Virus record (IMG/VR): IMGVR_UViG_2920951204_000001
Coordinates: 64,001-128,000 of that record
Reading direction: 5' to 3' (one strand)
Source: a virus
Lineage: Duplodnaviria > Caudoviricetes
Length of the DNA stretch: 64,000 bases
In this document: positions 8,610 through 18,702 of the stretch, one piece after another
Layout: every line of letters starts with the position of its first letter
How positions within the stretch are numbered: position 1 is the first letter of the stretch
Position numbers and translations under genes: made by a program
Notes under the pieces: model-generated
The model's input: only the letters and a program-made list of their open reading frames with translations
Databases searched by the model: none
Told to the model about the DNA's origin: nothing

Positions 8610-9781
8610 ACAAATGGATCATATAAACATGATTAGATCAGATCATAGATAAAAATAAATTAATAATGACCTGCTGCGATTGTGAGCTAAGTTATGTTAA
8701 TAAGTTTATAAGCCGGCTTAAAGTTAAGCGGAAAAAATGTTAATAACTATGTTAATAACTATGTTGTGAAAAATGTTAATAATGTTAATAACTTTTGTTG
8801 CAAATGCAACGCTTGTATATCGAACTTTATATTGATTCACTACACCCCAGATCGCCATGGATCACCTAAAGACATTTACTTATATTACATAGTATTAAAA
8901 ACTACATTTCATAGTTTTATCTTTTATAAAATCGGTAAAAATAACATAAGTACCGATTTTTATATTTTTTTACTTAAAAACAAAGGTTTGTATTCTGGTT
9001 TTGTTTATTTTTTTGATTATGTCCGGGGGGGTGGGTTTACATTTTAAAAACCGACACAATCCCGGAAAAATCGCTTATCTGTTCCACTCACACATAACTC
9101 AAATTTTTCATCGTCATTTTGCACAAAATTTCTACCACCAACTTCGACAACTACTTCGATAATTCCATAGTATTTTTCAAAAACTTCATATAAATACCCA
9201 TTTTTTCATATTATGCAATTTGCACAAAACCTATCATAAAAATTTTGTATGTTCAGGGAATACGTAAAATTCCTTTAAAAATAAACAATTTATCGAACAA
9301 CGTTAAATTTATTTCAAAAGCCAAATCAAAAATCAACAACATTTCCTCTTCTGTCTTTTAAAATTACAAATATTTAAAGCTAAAATTAGATTCAAACCAT
9401 ATGTTCCATCGAACCATTATGCAAAACCACTAATAATAATCACGTCCAATTATGCAAAAATTACTCCAATTTCGCATAGAGATTTTTTTAAAAACGCCAC
9501 ATCTATCCACAAAGCAAAAATAACCTATTTTTTCACTTTTTAACCTTAATCAATAAAATACTCACTCGATTCATAAAAATCAAAATTAGGCACCATTTTT
9601 TACGTCACAAATATATTCCTACCAAATTATCTTTGTGTATGTTTCACAAATATATTTTATAATTAGATTTATTTTTGTATATTATGTACAATTCCATTCA
9701 CTTTGCGTAATACAACATCAAAAATAAAAGAAAAAAGAGAATAATTATATAAACAAAATAAATTTAAGGAGGTTCTTTTAA

Positions 9782-10630
9782 ATGGACTATAGTGAAACAT
9801 TTACTTATGTGGACAAAAATGATAGTATTGGAATAAATGATAAGGAGGTTAATAATTATATGGATATTTACGATTACATGTATTGGGAAGATTATAATGC
9901 TCAAATACAAGCACTTGCTGAAAAGGCTTTACCTGAAAAATGGAGTTTTGAAGATAAAGAAGACAACTCAATATTAAAAAATTATTTAAAAGACACGTTT
10001 AATAAATTACAAGATGAAGGAAAAGTTATTGAAACAGATACATATTGTGTATTTAATACCGGATTATTTTCACATTATTATGTTCCTATTTATGTTTATG
10101 GTGAGCTAAATAAAAATACAACAGAAAATGCTGCTAGATGGTACTTTAAAGGATTTAAAGATGAATACGAATTAGGAAACATGGACATAGAAAGTGATTT
10201 TCCTGAAAGAGCAGATTATTTTTCTAATCCTGATAGATTAGTATTCAATTGGCATTACAAAATAAATATTAATTATAAACATATTCTTGATGATTTAAAT
10301 ACATCTCAGCGTTTACCGGATTCAATTAAAAATAGTGACACTCCATTAGAGACATTAAGTGGAGTTATAACCAAAGCAATTCAGAAAGTAACTGCAAATT
10401 ATAAATTAGCTGTTCCACATTATTATCAAAATAAAATACAGCTTCTTATTCCATTATATTTTGGTAAAAATAAAAATCCTAGTATCGCATTAGTTTTAAA
10501 TTTAATGAAAAATGGATATTATCAAGCAACTACTTGTTTATCAATGGAAATGGCATATATGGATGCAAGGTTAATAGCAAAACCAGAATCCAATTGGTTA
10601 ATAGTTGAAAATATAATTGAAACAGAGTGA
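9782..10630 (+). CDS. DUF3825 domain protein
   Basis: Motifs FNTGL, NYKLAVPHYY, QLLIPL, T-L..MAY.DARLI. Confidence 0.75.
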   Translation: MDYSETFTYVDKNDSIGINDKEVNNYMDIYDYMYWEDYNAQIQALAEKALPEKWSFEDKEDNSILKNYLKDTFNKLQDEGKVIETDTYCVFNTGLFSHYYVPIYVYGELNKNTTENAARWYFKGFKDEYELGNMDIESDFPERADYFSNPDRLVFNWHYKININYKHILDDLNTSQRLPDSIKNSDTPLETLSGVITKAIQKVTANYKLAVPHYYQNKIQLLIPLYFGKNKNPSIALVLNLMKNGYYQATTCLSMEMAYMDARLIAKPESNWLIVENIIETE

Positions 10631-10658
10631 TAAAAGCAAATAAGTTTAAGTAAAATAG

Positions 10659-10690
10659 AAAGACAGGTTGATAATTCAGTCTGTCTTTTT
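10659..10690 (+). terminator. intrinsic terminator
   Basis: AAAGACAGG...TCTGTCTTTTT hairpin followed by a U-tract. Confidence 0.6.
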
Positions 10691-10768
10691 CTTTGCCAAA
10701 AAATATTAACAAATAGAGAATATATAAATATAAGAATAAAACTATGTAAAACAAAAGGAGAAAATCTT

Positions 10769-11584
10769 ATGAGTTTAAAATTAATCACAACGGAAACATT
10801 CAATAATTTACCATGTAACTTCTACAGAAATACAAATGATGACATACTTCTTACAAGAGAACAAATTGGGCAAGCATTGGAATATGCTAATCCACAGAAA
10901 GCAATTGATAATATTCACTCTAAACATAGAGATAGGCTAAATGAATTATCAGTTACCACCAAACTAAGGGCTACTGACGGAAAATGTTATAACACAATGC
11001 TTTATACAGAGCGAGGAATAATGGAAATATGCCGTTGGTCTCGACAAAGAAACGCTAACCTCTTCATGGATTGGGTATGGGATATTGTGGAAAATTATAG
11101 ACACAATAACTTTAATACAACTCCAAATATGCAACCATTAGTAGATAACTTGACTACTCTCACTTCTACTTTGTTGCAAATGCAACAAGATATAAACATA
11201 TTAAAAGAAGAATCTACAAAGAAAGCAATTCCTGAGAAGAAATATTCACGTTGGAAAACAAAAATATTTGAAAAACTAAGAGTTTTAATGGATTTCGTAA
11301 ATAGTAACTCTAATGAAGAATTAAAATTATCAGATATTATTCATTTAGTAATACAAGAAACAGAAGATACATATGACATTGAAGTTAATGATTATGTACA
11401 AATGTATAAACAGGAATTTGGATTGGAAACAAATCCTTATGCAATAGATGTTATTAATTATTATAAAGATATAAAAGATATGTTTGATTGTACTCTTCTA
11501 TCATTAATGAATAGATTTAATCTTCAGGTAGAACCAAATCAAAAAAGAGAAAATATATTTGATGTATTAGCAGCAAATATATAA
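10769..11584 (+). CDS. Bro-N domain (antirepressor-like) DNA-binding protein
   Basis: TREQIGQALEY...AIDNIH...LYTERGIMEICRWS...ANLFMDWV. Confidence 0.8.
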   Translation: MSLKLITTETFNNLPCNFYRNTNDDILLTREQIGQALEYANPQKAIDNIHSKHRDRLNELSVTTKLRATDGKCYNTMLYTERGIMEICRWSRQRNANLFMDWVWDIVENYRHNNFNTTPNMQPLVDNLTTLTSTLLQMQQDINILKEESTKKAIPEKKYSRWKTKIFEKLRVLMDFVNSNSNEELKLSDIIHLVIQETEDTYDIEVNDYVQMYKQEFGLETNPYAIDVINYYKDIKDMFDCTLLSLMNRFNLQVEPNQKRENIFDVLAANI

Positions 11585-11771
11585 CTATTGATGAAATGGA
11601 TGGAGAATAATATAAATGAAAAATAAAACAACTTATTGAATCAACCAACAACAATCAATTAAAAAATTAAAGAGTAAATGGGCGTTAGACCATTTACGAA
11701 GTTATTATACTTTTTTATATATTTATGCTTTTTTATATTACTCTTTATGCTTTTATACTATATACCTACTT

Positions 11772-11865
11772 TTTGGGAAAATTTTCACACAGAATTATAT
11801 ACCCCTTTGGGAAAATTTTCACACAAACTTAATGATAGCACTAAATTTTTGGGAAAATTTTCACA
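11772..11865 (+). repeat. three iterons (TTTGGGAAAATTTTCACA); putative replication origin
   Basis: 18-bp direct repeats at 11772, 11806 and 11848, after an AT-rich tract and directly upstream of a putative initiator gene. Confidence 0.7.
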
Positions 11866-11876
11866 TAGAATTTTTA

Positions 11877-12704
11877 ATGAAAGGAGCGATTGAAATAGAC
11901 ACTTATATTTACTTATCTGAAAAAGATAAACAAATAACCTCTGTTGGCTTTTCTAAAAAAGAAATTAAAAACCACAAAGGTATTTCAGGTCTTAAATATT
12001 ATCTCATTATTTTATATTTAAGAAAACATGTGCAAACATTTGGACAAATTACACTCACACTCAATGATTTATTACAGGAATTTGGTTATTCTACAAAGAC
12101 AAATAATAAATCTATTTATTCTGATTTTAGAGAAATCATTAAAACTGAAATTATAAATAAAGGATATGCAAGTTGTAATAAAGATATATTTATTATTAAA
12201 CCAAATGATTTATTCCATCTTCAAATGTCTTATGAAAACAATATTTTCTTCACAGAAGATAATTTTGTGCAGATTACTATTTTTGAATATGAAAATATTT
12301 GTTCCATTTCATCTAAAATAAATAAATCTGTTTTATTAGGCATTTATCTTTATATAAAACAGTTTATTATGGACTATTCAGGAGATATTACACCTGCTAA
12401 AATTTCTTTTCCGTCAAAATTGCAAATTGCAAAAGGACTAGATATTTCAGTTCAAACTGTCGAAAGCGGATTACTTGTATTGGAATCCAATAAATTAATT
12501 TATATACGTAGAGATATGTTTGTTGAGAACAAAAAAGAAGAAGGTATATATGTTCCTACACGAAATGTATATGCTCTTGATCCAAAAGAACTGGAAGGTA
12601 AATCTGTATTAATTGAATTAGAAAGAATATATGGAAAGAGAATATATAATAAGGAAGATGTACCTGGTGAAATAAGATATTTAACAAAGTCGAAAGGAGA
12701 ATAG
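11877..12704 (+). CDS. putative replication initiator (winged-helix) protein
   Basis: IYLYIK...SFPSKLQIAKGLDIS.QTV..L..LE...LI HTH motif; adjacent iterons; true start may be ATT/ATA at 11889/11895. Confidence 0.6.
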   Translation: MKGAIEIDTYIYLSEKDKQITSVGFSKKEIKNHKGISGLKYYLIILYLRKHVQTFGQITLTLNDLLQEFGYSTKTNNKSIYSDFREIIKTEIINKGYASCNKDIFIIKPNDLFHLQMSYENNIFFTEDNFVQITIFEYENICSISSKINKSVLLGIYLYIKQFIMDYSGDITPAKISFPSKLQIAKGLDISVQTVESGLLVLESNKLIYIRRDMFVENKKEEGIYVPTRNVYALDPKELEGKSVLIELERIYGKRIYNKEDVPGEIRYLTKSKGE

Positions 12705-12706
12705 GA

Positions 12707-13744
12707 TTGAACTTTACAAGTGGTAGACATTTAGCAAATTACATATTAAAAATTTTTAAAAATAACGAGATAAATATTCCTGATGAATGTGTTGAAGACA
12801 TTAAAGATTTATCAAAAATATTTACATATATAGAAAATCTTCCAAAAAATGTCAAGAATATTCTTGACCTATCAAATGAATATTACAATTGGATTGTATT
12901 ATCACAAAACGGAAAATATCAAGATTTATCTTCTATTTCCAAGGAAGGAAATGCAAATATTACAAAATTTACTAATAATCCTTCGATTATTTCTTTTAAT
13001 GAGGTATTTGAATCATTTGGATTGAATATGTCGTATGATTCATATTATTTACATCAAAAACCTAAACAAGATGATATTTATTACCCACATCATTTTAAGA
13101 TATTGGAAGGTACTCACAAAATGGCAAAATGGAATATTACATTTTATGATAAACCAATAATTCCTAAAGAAGAAAATTTTGGATGTTATTTCATCTATGA
13201 TAATAATGATCAGCTAGTTTATATTGGCAAAAGCAACATTCATCTTCTTGAACGTGCTTGCGAGTCTGCGAGAGAAAGAACAAATGGTAACTTTTCAAGA
13301 ATAGAATTATATCCGATGAAAACACAAGCTGATACAAATATATATGAATTATATTATATTGCACAATATGATCCAAAATACAATTCTGATTGTCGTTGCT
13401 TAGATAAACCTTCATTTATACTTCCAAAACAATTTCCAAAATATTCAGTTAATAGAGTTGGCACAGAAACATTTAATGTTGAACAAATATCTGTAAATCC
13501 AAAATATATTCCAGTTGAGGAATATTGGGAGAATCCACAAAAATATTATCTACAACTTGGTGAAAAAATTAATATGGAACATTTTTATCAATTTCATTCT
13601 CAGAATAAATATGGATTTATAAATGTTGAAGAATTTAGAAAACGTGTCACCGAGTTGCAAAATCAAGGTTATTTAACTTATGTATATAAGGATATAGGAA
13701 ATTGTTTTAGACAATTCTCAAATTCTCAACCAAGCAGAGAATAA
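12707..13744 (+). CDS. GIY-YIG nuclease domain protein
   Basis: GCYFIYDNNDQLVYIGKS...ER...E.YYI..Y.PKYN. Confidence 0.7.
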   Translation: MNFTSGRHLANYILKIFKNNEINIPDECVEDIKDLSKIFTYIENLPKNVKNILDLSNEYYNWIVLSQNGKYQDLSSISKEGNANITKFTNNPSIISFNEVFESFGLNMSYDSYYLHQKPKQDDIYYPHHFKILEGTHKMAKWNITFYDKPIIPKEENFGCYFIYDNNDQLVYIGKSNIHLLERACESARERTNGNFSRIELYPMKTQADTNIYELYYIAQYDPKYNSDCRCLDKPSFILPKQFPKYSVNRVGTETFNVEQISVNPKYIPVEEYWENPQKYYLQLGEKINMEHFYQFHSQNKYGFINVEEFRKRVTELQNQGYLTYVYKDIGNCFRQFSNSQPSRE

Positions 13745-13843
13745 TAATATGTAATCATCTACTACTTCTACAATCTCATCATCTTCACTTCGAAAAAAAT
13801 TTACAAAAAATAAAAATTAAATATAGAAAGGAAATTAAAAAAC

Positions 13844-14407
13844 TTGAAAAGACTTGAAAATAATAGACATAACAATTTTGGAGGAATTATTGATATAAAC
13901 GATTTCTCAACAAATACACCAAACAAAAAGAGAATAAATAATCAGATAGAAGCTGAATTACTTCAGAATGTTTTATTGAAAAAGAAAAAAGAAAAAGAAA
14001 TGGAGGAAAAATATAAACAAATGACACTTGAAGAATTAAAAGAAATGAGAATTATTTCAAATACTAACGGAAGACCCTCTTCTAATCTTACTAATGACAA
14101 ATGGCAAAAAGAATTTAATGTAAGAAAGCTGTTTATTAAGCCTTATCCTGCCAATATTAAAAAATTAACAGGAAAATATTCCAAGGAATCTGGAATGTGG
14201 AACGAAGAAACACAAGGTACGTATTGTGGTTGTACTAATTGGCAATCTTATTGTTCATTTATTAATGATATATTATCAAATATTCGAAGTGGACAAGTTG
14301 ACTATTGTTATTACATATATCAAATCGAAGAACTTCTTAAATTTCATTATAACAATTTAAAGACAAAATATTGTGACGGTTATTGGAAAGTGTGGTTAGA
14401 AAAGTAA
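13844..14407 (+). CDS. hypothetical phage protein
   Basis: ORF track; RBS; start uncertain. Confidence 0.65.
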   Translation: MKRLENNRHNNFGGIIDINDFSTNTPNKKRINNQIEAELLQNVLLKKKKEKEMEEKYKQMTLEELKEMRIISNTNGRPSSNLTNDKWQKEFNVRKLFIKPYPANIKKLTGKYSKESGMWNEETQGTYCGCTNWQSYCSFINDILSNIRSGQVDYCYYIYQIEELLKFHYNNLKTKYCDGYWKVWLEK

Positions 14408-14408
14408 T

Positions 14409-14630
14409 ATGTGTGAAATATGTCATCAAATACCGTGCGTACCGGGTTGTCCCAACTATGAACGACCACATAAAACTAGTAACCGCTGCCATTTTTGTAA
14501 TGATTATATCTGCGTTGGCGATGATTATGTTGTTAATTGGCTTGGAATGACAGCCCATTATCAATGTATGTCTACCACCAAAGATGAACTTGAATGGTTG
14601 GGTTATGAAGTTAAAACTATGGATGAATAA
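14409..14630 (+). CDS. small Cys/His-rich zinc-binding protein
   Basis: MCEICHQIPCVPGCPN...CHFC...HYQC. Confidence 0.7.
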   Translation: MCEICHQIPCVPGCPNYERPHKTSNRCHFCNDYICVGDDYVVNWLGMTAHYQCMSTTKDELEWLGYEVKTMDE

Positions 14631-14666
14631 TGTGTCGTTTTTGAAAAATGTAGAAAGGAATTAATC

Positions 14667-14987
14667 ATGTATTGTTTTCAAAAGAAAGATGGAACTATTA
14701 AGAAACGTTATAAAGAAACTTTAAAATATATCACTACTTCAAGAATTAGACATAGTAAGATTACTTGTGGAAATACTGAAGAAGTTGTCGATGAATATGA
14801 TTGTTATGCCACTATTCCAAAGAAATTTACAGAATCCAGTAAAACATCTGTTATTAAAAAGATCAATGAAATTTGTATGGAATTTAGTTGTCAATATAAA
14901 ATTTGGTACAGTCACGATGATATTCAAATTGAATTTAACGGTGATAATGTTGAATTCATGTTAAATAAAATAAAAAAATACTTATAA
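14667..14987 (+). CDS. hypothetical phage protein
   Basis: ORF track; GAAAGGA RBS. Confidence 0.7.
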   Translation: MYCFQKKDGTIKKRYKETLKYITTSRIRHSKITCGNTEEVVDEYDCYATIPKKFTESSKTSVIKKINEICMEFSCQYKIWYSHDDIQIEFNGDNVEFMLNKIKKYL

Positions 14988-15011
14988 AAGCATAACATAA
15001 AAGGAGGATAT

Positions 15012-17528
15012 ATGGCTGGTATTAGCGTACCTCAATACGAAATTTTTAAAATTGGAACAAATAAATTAAAATATTCTAATTGGGATTTACAGATTACAGA
15101 AAAGGAAGCCTTTAAATATCAAGAATTAATTTCATTGTTTCAAGGAAGACATTTCTTGATTATGGCAAATAAAATATTACATAAGAATATAAATGAAATA
15201 GATTTTTCAAAAATTTTTATTCAAATCGTAATAGATAGAAAAACAGATTTTACAAGAGCAACTGGTAAAAAAGGTATAACTGTTAATGGAATAAACTATA
15301 GACGTTTTGTTGGAACAACAGGAGGATTGAAAAATAATACTCTTCTCTTTTGTAATTCACAATATATAGACAAGTTAAATGAACTATGTGAATGTAAAAG
15401 AAACCCAAAAGTAAAATTAGTGCCAGCAAAATATGAAGCATACAAAGCATTAACATGTTCAGCTTCACAACCAATTTGTGATCCGCATGGGATTTTAGTT
15501 GTAAAAGATTGTATTACACAATATTTTGCAGATGTTATATCACTTGACGATAGCGATGGTTCAAAAGAACCAACAAGAGAATTTATTAAAAATAAACCTC
15601 TTGAAAATAATGTATCAGACGGTTTTAATCTTTGTACTATTCAATATATGCAGCGGGTAACTGAATCGTTAGGTCTTGATTATATTCCTGGTGGTGTATG
15701 TTTAAGAAATGCATGGCTCAAAGGAATGCTCTATCCGTTTCCTATTTATGAATTTATTGAAAAATATAATAATGGAAATTATATGATTGAAGATATTTGG
15801 GGTAATATTCAAGATATTCGTCAATGTGAGATGATTATTACAGAATCTTCTCTCAAATTATGGGGGGCGTATGATAACATTGAGCAATATGTGAATGCAT
15901 ATAAGGAATGTGGATACGGATTTTCCGTAACAAAAATTTCACCACATGTTCTTGAGGAACAGAGAGAATTGAATTACCAGTATCTTCAGTCGTATGAATT
16001 TACAGATGAAGATATTGAGGAGTTGTGTGCGCCAACGATCAAATATCTAAAAGATGCGATGTGTGGTGACTACTCTTCTACTATTAAGTTTCTTGGAATC
16101 AATGAAAACACAGATGTAAATTCATGGCAACATGCTTTATATACAAGTGAATATATGTTAGGAGATCCATATGTAATAGATTCAGTACATAGATACATCA
16201 AAAAGAAAATGAATGATGCAAAAATCGGCAAATTATTTGTAAACGGTAATTATCAGATCGCAAGTGGTGATCCATTTGCTCTTATGCAATCTATTTGTGG
16301 ATTGAAAGTTACTGGTTTATTAAAAGCAAATGAGTGTTATTCTAAATTCTGGATTGATAAAAATGAGGAAGAAATTGTTCTTTTTAGAAGTCCAATGACA
16401 AGTCACAATAATATTCGCATGTGTAGTGTTAATAACTCAGAAGAATGCCAATATTGGTATCAATACATGAACACTATAATGATTATAAATGGTTGGGATT
16501 CGTTCTGTATGGCTGAGAATGGGGAAGATTGGGACTCGGATCTGAATTTTTCTACTAATAATCCAATTATGAAAAGAAGGTATAGATATTTACCCGCTAT
16601 TGAATGTGTTCAAAGAAATGCAGAAAAAATTGTTGTTACCGAAGCTGCTGTTAAAAAGACAAATAAAGCAGGTATGGGAAATCAAGTTGGAACAATTACA
16701 AACTATGTCACATCTATGATGGAAGTTCAATCTCATTTCAAGAAAAATTCGCCTGAATATAAAGAATTGGAATACAGAATTGAATGTGGTCAGCTCTATC
16801 AACAGAATGAATTGGATAAAATCAAGGGAATCATTGCAAAGCCTATGGAAAGCAGTTGGTATAATTTAGGTGCTTGCGGAGAGAATAAATATTTGCAGTC
16901 CCTTTGTGCATACAGAAAACCATATTTTATGATTTATGTTTACGATGAGACTAAAAGACAATATAAGCAATATATCAAAGAGAGTAATGCCAAGTGTTAT
17001 GCTATCTATAAATGCTCTATTAAAGATTTGTATAATAATGACCATCTTACAGAAGATCAAGAAGATTTTCTTTTCTGGTACGAGAGAAAAATGCCAGTTG
17101 GTACAGGGAACTGTTCTATGAATCAAATTTGTAAATATGTTGAAAGTCAATTAGATGGTTACAAGTCTCAATTACATAAAGACTCTTCTTTTGACTATAA
17201 CGTGTTAAAGGTAAAAAGACGTTGCACTGAAGAACATAGACAAGCACTTCGAGAACTCGAACAATATTATTGTGAATGTGTTGCATCTTACAAAAAGAAA
17301 CAGCATTTGAATGATAAGATGACTGCAAACGAAAATCGGAAATATTTGTGTAATTTTATCAAAGAAAAGGCAAAAATAATTTGTCCAAACGATGATGAGC
17401 GTATGAACATTATTCTTGATATTACTTATGGATATAGGGGTAATCGGCAGTTTTGTTGGGACTGCATAGGAGAACTAATTATTAAACGTTTAGAAGAAAT
17501 GGAGGAAAATTTTGTATATACTGAATGA
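15012..17528 (+). CDS. YonO-like single-subunit two-barrel RNA polymerase (RdRP-like family)
   Basis: 838 aa; motifs K.EAY.AL..SAS, SDG, R..W.KGM, FRSP, catalytic NGEDWDSD, ELDKIKG; SPbeta-like position. Confidence 0.8.
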   Translation: MAGISVPQYEIFKIGTNKLKYSNWDLQITEKEAFKYQELISLFQGRHFLIMANKILHKNINEIDFSKIFIQIVIDRKTDFTRATGKKGITVNGINYRRFVGTTGGLKNNTLLFCNSQYIDKLNELCECKRNPKVKLVPAKYEAYKALTCSASQPICDPHGILVVKDCITQYFADVISLDDSDGSKEPTREFIKNKPLENNVSDGFNLCTIQYMQRVTESLGLDYIPGGVCLRNAWLKGMLYPFPIYEFIEKYNNGNYMIEDIWGNIQDIRQCEMIITESSLKLWGAYDNIEQYVNAYKECGYGFSVTKISPHVLEEQRELNYQYLQSYEFTDEDIEELCAPTIKYLKDAMCGDYSSTIKFLGINENTDVNSWQHALYTSEYMLGDPYVIDSVHRYIKKKMNDAKIGKLFVNGNYQIASGDPFALMQSICGLKVTGLLKANECYSKFWIDKNEEEIVLFRSPMTSHNNIRMCSVNNSEECQYWYQYMNTIMIINGWDSFCMAENGEDWDSDLNFSTNNPIMKRRYRYLPAIECVQRNAEKIVVTEAAVKKTNKAGMGNQVGTITNYVTSMMEVQSHFKKNSPEYKELEYRIECGQLYQQNELDKIKGIIAKPMESSWYNLGACGENKYLQSLCAYRKPYFMIYVYDETKRQYKQYIKESNAKCYAIYKCSIKDLYNNDHLTEDQEDFLFWYERKMPVGTGNCSMNQICKYVESQLDGYKSQLHKDSSFDYNVLKVKRRCTEEHRQALRELEQYYCECVASYKKKQHLNDKMTANENRKYLCNFIKEKAKIICPNDDERMNIILDITYGYRGNRQFCWDCIGELIIKRLEEMEENFVYTE

Positions 17529-18273
17529 AAAAAAATATATTAGAGAGGTATTAGCGTCTGGCAACAAACCAGACAATATCTCGAATGGATATCTAATAAC
17601 ACTGATTACCAAATATTATTTTGACAGAGGGAAAAATCCAAACGCGCTAATTGATATAGTCAAGCAAAAGATGCTTGAATTTAATATTGAAGGTTATCAA
17701 GAATATAGATATGCCAATAAAATCAAAAAATCATGCACTGAGCTATATGAATCAGAATCAAAGAATCTCTTTAGGGAACTTGAATACGTTCCTATCTATG
17801 AAAAAGAATTAAAAGTCGTGGAATCTCTTCCAAATGATCGCCAAAAGAAATTTATGTTTACATTATTTGCTATAGCAAGATATATGAATTGTGAAGGCTG
17901 GATAAATAAAAAAGACTCAAAAGGTCTTTCTGAAGTATTTAAACTTGCTAACGTTACTCTCTCATCTGAGAAAAAGAATAAATTACTATATGAATTATAT
18001 AGCAATGGGTATATTCATTTTGGTAAAAAGGTAAATAATCTTAATATAAGAGTTGATTTAAGCGACACTAATGATGACATCGCTTATAAAATCATTAAAT
18101 TTGAAAATATTGGAAATCAATATATAGGTAATTTTAAAAAGGGTTATAAGCAATGCAAATGCTGTGGAAAAAAGATAAAAGATACAGGAAATAAAAAAAT
18201 GTATTGTAAAAAATGTGCGGAAGAAAAACAATTAGAATCTGATAGAAAATATAAAAATAAGACGAGAAATTGA
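17512..18273 (+). CDS. conserved protein coupled to the RNAP gene, with a C-terminal zinc ribbon
   Basis: Overlaps the RNAP stop codon; CKCCG...YCKKC. Confidence 0.7.
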   Translation: MYILNEKKYIREVLASGNKPDNISNGYLITLITKYYFDRGKNPNALIDIVKQKMLEFNIEGYQEYRYANKIKKSCTELYESESKNLFRELEYVPIYEKELKVVESLPNDRQKKFMFTLFAIARYMNCEGWINKKDSKGLSEVFKLANVTLSSEKKNKLLYELYSNGYIHFGKKVNNLNIRVDLSDTNDDIAYKIIKFENIGNQYIGNFKKGYKQCKCCGKKIKDTGNKKMYCKKCAEEKQLESDRKYKNKTRN

Positions 18274-18630
18274 TTTTTGTCGATAAATAGAAAACTCCAT
18301 TTTCCCCTTAAAAACAAGGCTTTTTTGTGCATTTTTTACAAAAAATTCGTTTTTCTTTGAATGGTATATAGTAACATATATACAATTTCAAATACAAAAA
18401 CGATTGTCTTGGAAGAAACAAACCGACAATCTTTGTATGTCTGTTTTGCTACTTTTCAAGTAGCATTACAGACTAAAATTTATAGATAAAACTTTGCCTA
18501 TAGGGTATTAATTACATACTTTGTCTTAAGTGACATTAATTCACGCAATTATTCATATTGTGTACTCTTTTCTTGTTGGTGACTGTACTACTGTTCTGGT
18601 AGTATGGTTGCCGACTATTCAAAAAAATAT

Positions 18631-18701
18631 CGCAGACGAGTGTAAAGGAAGCATGCGTGGCTCATACTCACGAGGAATACGTTCAATTCGTATGTCTGCA
18701 A
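18631..18701 (+). tRNA. tRNA-Met(CAT), initiator-like (C1xA72)
   Basis: Acceptor CGCAGAC/GTCTGCA; anticodon arm CGTGG-CTCATAC-TCACG; T-arm ATACG-TTCAATT-CGTAT. Confidence 0.75.
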
Positions 18702-18702
18702 T

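Noticed and set aside
8766-9047. 93-aa ORF in the hinge region
   Set aside because: Starts within low-complexity repeats, has no RBS and has a non-protein-like composition
11772-11865. Mini CRISPR array
   Set aside because: Repeats are 18 bp with 16- and 24-bp gaps, there are no cas genes, and the context fits iterons
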